24,000 nucleotides of DNA, from NCBI GenBank assembly GCA_021651055.1, contig JAJHOH010000001.1, forward strand, positions 4,207,059 to 4,231,058, written 5' to 3'. Origin of the DNA: Candidatus Manganitrophus morganii (GTDB taxonomy: Bacteria > Nitrospirota > Nitrospiria > SBBL01 > Manganitrophaceae). Under the pieces are notes generated by a model. That model saw only the letters and a list, made by a program, of their open reading frames with translations, was not told where the DNA came from and did no database searches. Shown here piece by piece: positions 14,273-21,020 of the stretch; positions within the stretch are counted from its first letter, which is position 1; each line of letters starts with the position of its first letter. The position numbers were made by a program, and so were the translations under genes.

Positions 14273-15286
14273 ATGGTTCAACGCGACATCGTTGTCATCG
14301 GAGCGTCCGCCGGAGGGGTTCAGGCCTTGAAAACACTGGTATCCGGTTTGCCGTCCGGATTTCCCGCCGCCATTCTGGTGGTATTGCACATTCCCGTGTA
14401 TGCTCCCAGCCAACTGCACGAGATTCTCGACCGTGCCGGGCCGCTTCGCGCCGGGACCGGCATCGATGGAGAACCGATCACCCCCGGCCGCATCTATGTC
14501 GCCTCTGCGGATCGGCACCTCATGATCGAGTCGGATCGGGTGAGAATTACGCGTGGACCCAAGGAGAACCGGATGCGCCCCGCGGTGGACGTGCTGTTCC
14601 GTTCCGCCGCGGCCGCCTGCGGGCCGCGGGTCATTGGGATTATCCTCAGCGGTATGCTCGATGACGGCACCGCCGGGTTGTGGAGCATAAAAGATCGCGG
14701 CGGCGTGGCGATCGTTCAATCTCCCCAGGATGCGCTCCACGCATCGATGCCGGAGAGTGCCCGCCAGCATGTGACGGTCGATCACACCTTGCCGGTCGCC
14801 GAGATGGCCGCCGTCTTGACGCGCCTGACCCGTGAGCCGATCGTCCTCCAGGGGGAAGCGCGAATATCCGAATTGATCGAGATTGAAAACCGGATCGCCC
14901 GTGAGGGGAACGCCCTGCAGACCGGGGTCATGAGATTAGGCCCGGTTTCTCCCAACACCTGTCCGGAATGTCATGGGGTGCTGGTTAAAATTCGGCAAGG
15001 AGGAATCGTCCGCTTCCGATGCCACACCGGCCATTCCTTCTCGCTTCAGAGCCTGCTCGCCGATGTCAATGACGCCATTGATCGGGGCTTGTGGAACGCC
15101 GTCCGCGCCATCGAAGAGCGGATATTGCTGTTGCGGGAGATGGAGCAGCTGGCGCGCGAGAGAAACGATCCCGCCGTCGCGAAGGAGTGTGCCGAGCAGG
15201 CCAACCAGGCGGAGCAGCGGGTGCAGCGGATCCGGGAGGTTGTCTTGGACAAGGACATGCTCGGGCATGACCCGAACTTTTTCTAA
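14273..15286 (+). CDS. CheB-type methylesterase/deamidase domain protein lacking a receiver domain, with a C-terminal zinc ribbon and coiled coil
   Basis: DIVVIGASAGGVQAL (Ser12), ILVVLHIP (His39), PGRIYVASADRHL, RPAVDVLFRSAA and ILSGMLDDGTAGL (Asp131) match the CheB catalytic domain and its Ser-His-Asp triad. The C-terminal part has CPEC-N16-CHTGH (from nt 14960) followed by a helical, charged segment. SD AAGGAG precedes the ATG. Confidence 0.85.
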   Translation: MVQRDIVVIGASAGGVQALKTLVSGLPSGFPAAILVVLHIPVYAPSQLHEILDRAGPLRAGTGIDGEPITPGRIYVASADRHLMIESDRVRITRGPKENRMRPAVDVLFRSAAAACGPRVIGIILSGMLDDGTAGLWSIKDRGGVAIVQSPQDALHASMPESARQHVTVDHTLPVAEMAAVLTRLTREPIVLQGEARISELIEIENRIAREGNALQTGVMRLGPVSPNTCPECHGVLVKIRQGGIVRFRCHTGHSFSLQSLLADVNDAIDRGLWNAVRAIEERILLLREMEQLARERNDPAVAKECAEQANQAEQRVQRIREVVLDKDMLGHDPNFF

Positions 15287-15308
15287 TGCGCATGGCTCTA
15301 AATTAACC

Positions 15309-15337
15309 TTGACTTAGTTTAATATTAGAGTTATTCT
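15309..15337 (+). promoter_or_regulatory. candidate sigma-70 promoter of the Fur-family gene (TTGACT-17 nt-TATTCT)
   Basis: TTGACT at 15309-15314, a 17-nt spacer, then TATTCT at 15332-15337. The -10 ends 7 nt before the ATG at 15345, and no SD is present. Confidence 0.45.
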
Positions 15338-15339
15338 AA
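15325..15339. promoter_or_regulatory. Fur-family 7-1-7 operator (PerR-box-like), copy 1
   Basis: TTAGAGT-T-ATTCTAA has one mismatch from a perfect inverted repeat and extends to 8-1-8 as ATTAGAGT-T-ATTCTAAT. It overlaps the putative -10 of the Fur-family gene and is nearly identical to the box at 15781. Confidence 0.6.
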
Positions 15340-15344
15340 TTAGC

Positions 15345-15764
15345 ATGCATCGAGAAAAAGAACAACTCAGTCATCCGGAAATTGAGAAGAGGCTGATCGA
15401 CGCGGGGGTTCAGCCGACCGCCCAACGGATTGCGATTTGCCGCTATATTCTCTGTGAAGCGGATCATCCCACCGCCGATGAGATTAAAAAATGGGCCGAT
15501 CGCTACTTTCCAAAGATGAGCCTGGCGACCGTCTATAATACATTGAAGACACTCGTCGATGCCGGGCTCATTCAGGAGTTCAAATTCCCCCATTCCGATT
15601 CAGCGGTTTATGATTGTAACACCGACGTTCATTACCATTTCCTGGACGAAAAGACCGGACAATTGCACGATGTCGAGCCGGAATCGGTCAACCTCTCGGT
15701 TAAATTACGTGAAGAATTCAAAATCAACGGGGTTCAGGTTTTATTGAGAGGCACAAAGAAGTAA
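15345..15764 (+). CDS. Fur-family transcriptional regulator, PerR-like, lacking the structural Cys4 zinc site
   Basis: Winged-helix part: TAQRIAICRYIL...HPTADEI...PKMSLATVYNTLKTLVDAGLI. The dimerisation part has VYD, HYHF and LHDV, but no CxxC pairs (DEKT where PerR and Fur have CxxC), and the protein ends at residue 139. It lies directly upstream of the catalase gene. Confidence 0.85.
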   Translation: MHREKEQLSHPEIEKRLIDAGVQPTAQRIAICRYILCEADHPTADEIKKWADRYFPKMSLATVYNTLKTLVDAGLIQEFKFPHSDSAVYDCNTDVHYHFLDEKTGQLHDVEPESVNLSVKLREEFKINGVQVLLRGTKK

Positions 15765-15780
15765 ATTTTTTACTCAGATA

Positions 15781-15795
15781 TTAGAATAATTCTAA
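15781..15795. promoter_or_regulatory. Fur-family 7-1-7 operator (PerR-box-like), copy 2, in the catalase promoter region
   Basis: Perfect palindrome TTAGAAT-A-ATTCTAA, 33 nt upstream of the catalase ATG. An extra half-site TTAGAAT at 15798-15804 doubles as a -10-like TAGAAT. Confidence 0.65.
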
Positions 15796-15827
15796 GTTTA
15801 GAATAAACCCACAAAGGAGGAACGAAC

Positions 15828-17330
15828 ATGAACGAAGAGCCCAAGAAGCTGACGACCGAAGCCGGCGCGCCGGTGGCCGACAACCAGAACTCCCAAACGG
15901 CCGGACCGGACGGTCCGATCCTGTTGCAAGACCACCACCTGATCGAAAAGCTCGCCCGATTCGACCGCGAGCGGATCCCCGAACGGGTCGTCCATGCCAA
16001 GGGCTCAGGGGCCTTCGGCTATTTTGAGGTCACGGCGGACGTGAGCCGTTGGACGAAAGCCAAATTTTTAAATCAGGTCGGCAAGCGGACCGATCTGTTC
16101 ATTCGTTTCTCGACCGTGGCGGGAGAGCTTGGCTCGGCCGACACCGTTCGCGATCCGCGCGGCTTCGCGATCAAGTTCTACACCGAAGAAGGCAACTACG
16201 ATCTCGTCGGCAACAACACGCCGGTTTTCTTCTTGCGCGATCCGCTCAAGTTCCCCGACTTTATCCATTCGCAGAAGCGGGACCCTTACAGCCACGTCCA
16301 GGAGCCGGACAATGTGTGGGACTTTTTCTCCCACTCCCCGGAGGCGACCCATCAGTTCACCTGGCTCTTCAGCGATCGCGGCATTCCGGCGAGCTATCGG
16401 AACATGGACGGTTTCGGCTCGCACACCTTTCAGTGGATGAACGCAAACGGCGAAGCATTTTGGGTGAAGTACCACTTCAAGACAGATCAGGGGATTCAAT
16501 GCCTGACCGCTCAGGAAGCCGCGCGGATCGCGGGTGAAAATCCGGACCATCACCATCTCGACCTGTTCCGTGCGATCGACCGCCGGGAGTTTCCCTCTTG
16601 GACGCTGAAGATGCAGATCATGCCGGTCGCCGATGCGGCAAACTATCGCTTCAACCCCTTCGATCTCACGAAGGTCTGGCATTACGCCGACTATCCGTTG
16701 ATCGAGGTCGGCAAGCTCGTCTTGAATCGCAATCCGGAGAATTACTTCGCCGATGTGGAACAGGCCGCCTTCAACCCAGGCCATTTTGTCCCCGGTATCG
16801 GCCCCTCCCCCGACAAAATGCTTCAGGGAAGGCTGTTCGCCTACGGCGACACCCACCGCTACCGTCTCGGCATCAACCACACCTCTCTCCCGGTCAATCG
16901 GCCGCATGCGGCTGAGGTCAATAATTACGGACGCGACGGCGCGATGCGCTCCGACGGCAACGGCGGACGCGCGAAGAACTACGAACCGAACAGCGACAAC
17001 GGCCCCGCCCAGAGCAACGAACGGCACGACGCTCCTTTGGCGGTGCACGGCATGACCGGCGCGCAAAAGGCGACGCGCCATGCCGAAGACAATGACTTCG
17101 TGCAGGCGGGCGATCTCTACCGGCTGATTTCCCCGGATTCGAAGAAAAGGCTGATCGAAGCGATCGCTTCGACATTGGGACGGGTCAGCCGTGAGGAGAT
17201 TATCGAACGTTCCATTGCGCACTTCCGTAACGCCGACCCGGAATATGGAGAGCAGGTCGCCAAAGCGGTCGAGGTTGTCCGCAGAGGGATCACTAAACCG
17301 GCGCCCCATCCCGGCCGAAGGGCGTTCTAG
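15828..17330 (+). CDS. katA: monofunctional heme catalase (small-subunit, KatA/KatE-core type)
   Basis: [22 protein letters not shown] (distal His), [49 protein letters not shown] (proximal Tyr region). SD AAAGGAGG lies 7 nt before the ATG. The length of 500 aa fits small-subunit catalases. Confidence 0.97.
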   Translation: MNEEPKKLTTEAGAPVADNQNSQTAGPDGPILLQDHHLIEKLARFDRERIPERVVHAKGSGAFGYFEVTADVSRWTKAKFLNQVGKRTDLFIRFSTVAGELGSADTVRDPRGFAIKFYTEEGNYDLVGNNTPVFFLRDPLKFPDFIHSQKRDPYSHVQEPDNVWDFFSHSPEATHQFTWLFSDRGIPASYRNMDGFGSHTFQWMNANGEAFWVKYHFKTDQGIQCLTAQEAARIAGENPDHHHLDLFRAIDRREFPSWTLKMQIMPVADAANYRFNPFDLTKVWHYADYPLIEVGKLVLNRNPENYFADVEQAAFNPGHFVPGIGPSPDKMLQGRLFAYGDTHRYRLGINHTSLPVNRPHAAEVNNYGRDGAMRSDGNGGRAKNYEPNSDNGPAQSNERHDAPLAVHGMTGAQKATRHAEDNDFVQAGDLYRLISPDSKKRLIEAIASTLGRVSREEIIERSIAHFRNADPEYGEQVAKAVEVVRRGITKPAPHPGRRAF

Positions 17331-17353
17331 CCGACGATCTGCCGCCTGAGAAA

Positions 17354-17392
17354 GGGGGACAGGTGACTCAGGCGGCCTGTCCCCCTTTTCTT
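17354..17392 (+). terminator. rho-independent terminator after katA
   Basis: Perfect 10-bp stem GGGGGACAGG (17354-17363) / CCTGTCCCCC (17376-17385) with a 12-nt loop, followed by TTTTCTT. Confidence 0.8.
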
Positions 17393-17443
17393 CCGACTCC
17401 CCTATTCTTTCTCTCGATATTCATACTTCCTCCGAATTAGCTG

Positions 17444-17472
17444 TTGACTACGGAGGCGAGTTGAAATATAAA
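17444..17472 (+). promoter_or_regulatory. candidate sigma-70 promoter (TTGACT-17 nt-TATAAA) for the DUF2628-like gene
   Basis: TTGACT at 17444-17449 and TATAAA at 17467-17472, 55 nt upstream of the ATG at 17528. Hexamer match only. Confidence 0.4.
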
Positions 17473-17527
17473 AACAGAGACGTAATAACCAAGCTCGTGA
17501 ATTTTGTGAGGTTCAAAGGCAACCGAA

Positions 17528-17905
17528 ATGAAGCAATTTAAGATCTTTAAGCATCCGTCCGGCGCGATCGAGGCGGTGAAACAAGGCTGGTCCTGGCCCG
17601 CTTTCTTCTTCGGGTTCGTCTGGGCGATGATGAAAAAGATGTGGAAGCTGAGCATCGGCGTCGTGTTGGCCATTCTCGTGATCGGCTTCATTACCGGTAT
17701 TGCCGCGAGCGAAGAGATGGGCGAAGCGATCCTCAACGGCATCGGAATGACCGCCAACCTCATGTTCGGCGTCCACGGCAATTCCTGGCGGGAAGAAAGT
17801 CTGATCGCACGCGGTTTTGCGGTCAAAAAGACGATCAGCGCCGCCAGCGCCGGCGCCGCTGTCGCGCTTTATCTGGAAAACGACACTTCTGCATCCCCTT
17901 CCTAG
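17528..17905 (+). CDS. small two-TM membrane protein, DUF2628-like
   Basis: MKQFKIFKHPSGAIEAVKQGWSWPAFFFGFVWAMMKKMW matches my recollection of the DUF2628 signature (GFSWPAFFFG..W....MW). A second hydrophobic span is LSIGVVLAILVIGFITGIAA. The family assignment is from memory and not searched. Confidence 0.65.
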   Translation: MKQFKIFKHPSGAIEAVKQGWSWPAFFFGFVWAMMKKMWKLSIGVVLAILVIGFITGIAASEEMGEAILNGIGMTANLMFGVHGNSWREESLIARGFAVKKTISAASAGAAVALYLENDTSASPS

Positions 17906-17936
17906 GCCCATCTGAATTTTCCCGCAGAATAACTGA

Positions 17937-17965
17937 TTGACATGCAGGTATAACTGGTTTATAAA
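17937..17965 (+). promoter_or_regulatory. candidate sigma-70 promoter (TTGACA-17 nt-TATAAA) upstream of ppa
   Basis: Consensus -35 TTGACA at 17937-17942 and TATAAA at 17960-17965. A second -10-like TATAAT lies at 18007-18012. Which one, if either, drives ppa cannot be decided from sequence. Confidence 0.4.
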
Positions 17966-18118
17966 AAGGGTCCGTTTTTTAAGAAAAGGGCTTTAAGCGG
18001 ATCGTGTATAATCATTGAATGTGACCCGTTCTTTTTTTCATGACCGGATGATTAAAACAGAACCGCCCGGCGATCATACCGGTGAGATCTTATTCCCCCA
18101 AACCATTGGAGAAACGAC

Positions 18119-18730
18119 ATGTCCTTTCCATCCCCTTTCTATCGATGGAGGCCGCATCCTTGGCACGGTCTCGAGGTGGGTCCGAATCCTCCCTCATTGG
18201 TTCACGCCTATATTGAAATCACCCCTTTTGACACGGTCAAATATGAATTGGACAAGGTGACGGGTTATTTGCACGTAGACCGTCCTCAACGGTCCTCCGC
18301 CCTCCCTCCCAGCCTGTACGGCTTCGTTCCGCGCACCTACTGCGGCCGGCGCGTCGGCGCGCTGATGCGGAACGCCAAGATCGGGGACCGCGATCCATTG
18401 GATATCTGTGTCCTTAGCGAGCGGCCGATCGACCGGTCCGACGTCATTCTGCAAGCCCGCGTGGTGGGGGGATTGCCGATGTTGGATGACGGTGAAGCCG
18501 ACGATAAGATCATTGCCGTGATCAAGAACGATCATCTCTGGTCCGATGTGAAGGACATCTCGGAGTTGCCGGGGGTCCTTGTAGAGCGGCTTCGGCATTA
18601 CTTCAGCACTTACAAGCTTGTCCCCGGCGAGTCGTCGCATGTGGTCATCGATGCCGCGTACAACCGGGAGCATGCGGAGCGGGTGATCAAGGCCGCAATG
18701 GAAGATTACCAGGACGAGTACGGATCCTGA
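18119..18730 (+). CDS. ppa: family I inorganic pyrophosphatase
   Basis: [40 protein letters not shown] and [14 protein letters not shown] are family I PPase active-site motifs. SD GGAGAA lies 5 nt upstream of the ATG. Confidence 0.9.
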   Translation: MSFPSPFYRWRPHPWHGLEVGPNPPSLVHAYIEITPFDTVKYELDKVTGYLHVDRPQRSSALPPSLYGFVPRTYCGRRVGALMRNAKIGDRDPLDICVLSERPIDRSDVILQARVVGGLPMLDDGEADDKIIAVIKNDHLWSDVKDISELPGVLVERLRHYFSTYKLVPGESSHVVIDAAYNREHAERVIKAAMEDYQDEYGS

Positions 18731-18949
18731 GCGCTCCACTCCCCGGCTTATTCAGACGATTGGAGGGACGAGGATTTAAACCTTGTCGGTAAGCAGAGTC
18801 AGAGTCTGCTCTTCTCTCGTTGTTTTCTAACTTCCCCCTAGAAGTCAAACCCCCATTCTTTAAATCGATTTACTCGAAAAGCAAAATCTTTCTCCCAAAC
18901 GGTAAGCGCCCTTCGCCTGTGTCGTCCGTTTTCCGTCCTCAGCGCATGC

Positions 18950-18978
18950 TTAACAGAAAATTAACAGGTTCTTAAGGG
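18950..18978 (+). promoter_or_regulatory. Pho-box-like array: three direct repeats at 11-bp phasing
   Basis: TTAACAG (18950) aaaa TTAACAG (18961) gttc TTAAGGG (18972). A -10-like TATTTT lies at 18984-18989, about 100 nt upstream of the phoX-like ATG. Confidence 0.5.
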
Positions 18979-19078
18979 AGCGGTATTTTCGTTGCGCTAG
19001 TCTCTCTTCAGACGAGGGGGTCCGTTTGGCGGGCGTCTCGTCAGGCGGAGAATCTATTCACCTCAAAGGAGGAACAAG

Positions 19079-20569
19079 ATGACGACATTGTCGCGACGGA
19101 AATTTTTAAGCATGCTAGCGATTGTAAGCGCCGGGACCGCGGTTGGACCGCTCGGGAAGTTATACGCCCAGAAGCCGGGCCGGTTTCCCGCGCCGGGCGT
19201 CTGCCTCGCGAACGGCGAAGGGGTCGGTTTTGGCCCGATCAGCCCCAAGCTTCCGCTCAACGCGGCCGATCTCACGAGTACGGCGGCCGGTGATCTAAGC
19301 CAGACCGCGCTCCTCGAACTGCCCGAAGGTTTCTCGTATACCGCCCTGTCGATCACGGGTCAAACGATGAACGACGGCGCGCTGGTGCCGGGCGATCACG
19401 ACGGGATGGCCTGTTTTCAGGGGCGCCGCGGCTCGCATATCCTGGTTCGCAACCATGAGCTCGGTCCCGCCGAGAATAAATTCGGCAGCCGTGTCGGTTG
19501 TCTTCCCCCCAACGGAAAAGTCTACGATCCTTTTATTCTTCCTGCGGGACAAGGCGGGGGCGGGACGACGACGCTGATCATCGACCGGGAGGGGCGGCTC
19601 GTCCGCCATTGGATTTCGCTCGGCGGAACGATCCGCAATTGCGCGGGCGGTCTGACGCCGTGGGATTCCTGGATCAGCTGCGAGGAAGATGTCTCAATTC
19701 CGACGGGCGCCAATAACGTCACCAAAAAACATGGTTATAATTTCGAGGTGCCGGCGGATCTGCCCGAAGCGGTCGATCCGATTCCCTTGGTCGACATGGG
19801 GCGCTTCAATCACGAGGCCAACGCGACCGATCCTCAAACGGGATACGTCTACGAGACGGAGGACCGCGGCGACAGCGCCTTCTACAAATTTGTGCCGAAG
19901 GTCCGCCGTGCTAGTAAATTCGGTGATTTGCAGAAGGGAGGTCGGTTGTATGCCATGGTGATCGATCCGAATGTGATGGCGGTCTGCGATGGAACGATCT
20001 TTCCGGCCACCGGCACCAACGCCGACACCCGCACCGGCGTTCAGTCGTTCCTCGGGCAGCCGCTTCCGGTGAGCTGGGTCGAGATCGAAGAGGTCGATCC
20101 GGCCGGCGACACCGTCCGCGTTGAAGCCCAGTCCAAGGGGGCGGCGCTATTTTCCCGCGGCGAGGGAATGTGGTATACAAACGGGTTGATCTATTTTGTC
20201 TGCACCGGCGGCGGCGATCAAGGGAACGGCCAGGTCTGGGCCTACGACCCCCGTCGCGAGACGGTCACCCTGCTGGTGGAATCGACCAGCGGGGGGGCGT
20301 TGGACAACCCGGACAATATCACGGTGGGGCCGGACGGCGCGCTTTACATGTGTGAGGACGGCGGAGAGGAGCAATTCGTTGTCGGCGTGGACGACGACGG
20401 TAATCTCTTCAAGTTCGCCCGCAACAACTTTACTACCAGTGAATTCTGCGGCGCCTGTTTTTCGAACGACGGCAAGATGATGTTCGTCAACATTCAGAGC
20501 CCCGGCATTACTTTTGCGATCTATCGCGACGACCATCGGCCGATCTTTGTGAAACGGCCTCCCCGGTAA
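19079..20569 (+). CDS. Tat-exported PhoX/DUF839-family phosphatase-like protein
   Basis: Twin-arginine signal MTTLSRRKFLSMLAIVSAGTAVGP...LYA. GDHDGMACF, LVRNHE, GGGTTT, IRNCAGGLTPWDSWISCEE, FNHEA, EDRGDS.FYKF, DNPDNITV, LYMCEDG and SGACFS-like EFCGACFSNDGKMMFVNIQ are as I remember for PhoX/DUF839 beta-propeller phosphatases. A strong SD AAAGGAGG is present. Confidence 0.8.
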   Translation: MTTLSRRKFLSMLAIVSAGTAVGPLGKLYAQKPGRFPAPGVCLANGEGVGFGPISPKLPLNAADLTSTAAGDLSQTALLELPEGFSYTALSITGQTMNDGALVPGDHDGMACFQGRRGSHILVRNHELGPAENKFGSRVGCLPPNGKVYDPFILPAGQGGGGTTTLIIDREGRLVRHWISLGGTIRNCAGGLTPWDSWISCEEDVSIPTGANNVTKKHGYNFEVPADLPEAVDPIPLVDMGRFNHEANATDPQTGYVYETEDRGDSAFYKFVPKVRRASKFGDLQKGGRLYAMVIDPNVMAVCDGTIFPATGTNADTRTGVQSFLGQPLPVSWVEIEEVDPAGDTVRVEAQSKGAALFSRGEGMWYTNGLIYFVCTGGGDQGNGQVWAYDPRRETVTLLVESTSGGALDNPDNITVGPDGALYMCEDGGEEQFVVGVDDDGNLFKFARNNFTTSEFCGACFSNDGKMMFVNIQSPGITFAIYRDDHRPIFVKRPPR

Positions 20570-20593
20570 GGGATGATTAAAATAGATGATTGG

Positions 20594-20625
20594 AAAAACG
20601 GGCGCCTTCGGGCGCCCGTTTTTTG
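20594..20625. terminator. bidirectional rho-independent terminator between convergent genes
   Basis: AAAAACGGGCGCC-TTCG-GGCGCCCGTTTTT is a GC-rich 8-bp core stem extended by A:T pairs, with a TTCG loop and U-tracts on both strands. It lies 25 nt after the phoX-like stop and 3 nt after the stop of the 93-aa minus-strand ORF. Confidence 0.85.
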
Positions 20626-20627
20626 GC

Positions 20628-20909
20628 TTATCCCTTCCGCCGCCCCGCCTCCTCGTCGTTCGAAAGATCGATCACAACGATATTGATATGACAGAGTTCG
20701 CCTTCTGCGGGAGTGTATGAATAACTAAAATGCCGGCTAACCACCCGATAGCTTCTCCGCTCGTTATCATGGGAGTAAGTCACACTGTCGCCGACGTTGG
20801 GGATCGGAATAAATTCTCCTTGTTTAAAGATCAGTTCCTGGTCTTGGCTCGTGTCGGAGGGTCGCAAGCGGCCTTCCGATTTATGCTGGAATTCTATTTT
20901 GTAAGTCAT
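20628..20909 (-). CDS. hypothetical 93-aa protein, no recognisable family
   Basis: ATG with GAGGA 9 nt upstream, ending at the bidirectional terminator. The translation is beta-strand-like (YKIEFQ, VTYSH, YRVVSRHFSYSY, CHINIVVIDL) with an acidic/basic tail. Coding status rests on the SD, the terminator and the absence of a competing ORF. Confidence 0.5.
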   Translation of the reverse strand: MTYKIEFQHKSEGRLRPSDTSQDQELIFKQGEFIPIPNVGDSVTYSHDNERRSYRVVSRHFSYSYTPAEGELCHINIVVIDLSNDEEAGRRKG

Positions 20910-21020
20910 GATGAAGGTTCCTCTCAGTGAGACGTTTGTCGAGCGCCAACAATCAGTGACTTGATGCGGGTTTCAAGATCGCTGAGGGAAGGATGGTGAC
21001 AAGGAGATTGGGAACAGACT

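Noticed and set aside
13726-14785. Long minus-strand ORFs (13726..14274, 13748..14176, 14228..14785) opposite hsp20 copy B and the cheB-like gene
   Set aside because: They fully overlap plus-strand genes that carry clear family motifs. They have no SD, and their translations are Arg/Pro/Gly-rich. I treat them as antisense artefacts.
16068-17309. 413-aa ORF antisense to the catalase gene, plus other frames at 16049..16537, 16598..16915 and 16753..17055
   Set aside because: The sense strand encodes an unmistakable full-length catalase with an SD and a terminator. The antisense translation is Arg/Val/Gly-rich low-information sequence with no motifs, as expected when a GC3-rich gene leaves the opposite strand free of stops.
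17341-17385. H-type pseudoknot formed by both 10-bp helices after katA
   Set aside because: The connecting loops are 3, 3 and 0 nt, and the helices share one nucleotide. Such loops cannot span 10-bp helices, so mutually exclusive folding is the more reasonable reading.
18792-18825. Terminator for ppa (AGCAGA-gtcagag-TCTGCT followed by a C/T-rich stretch)
   Set aside because: The stem is only 6 bp with a 7-nt loop, and the downstream tract (cttctctcgttgttttc) is not a clean U-run. It is not strong enough to annotate.
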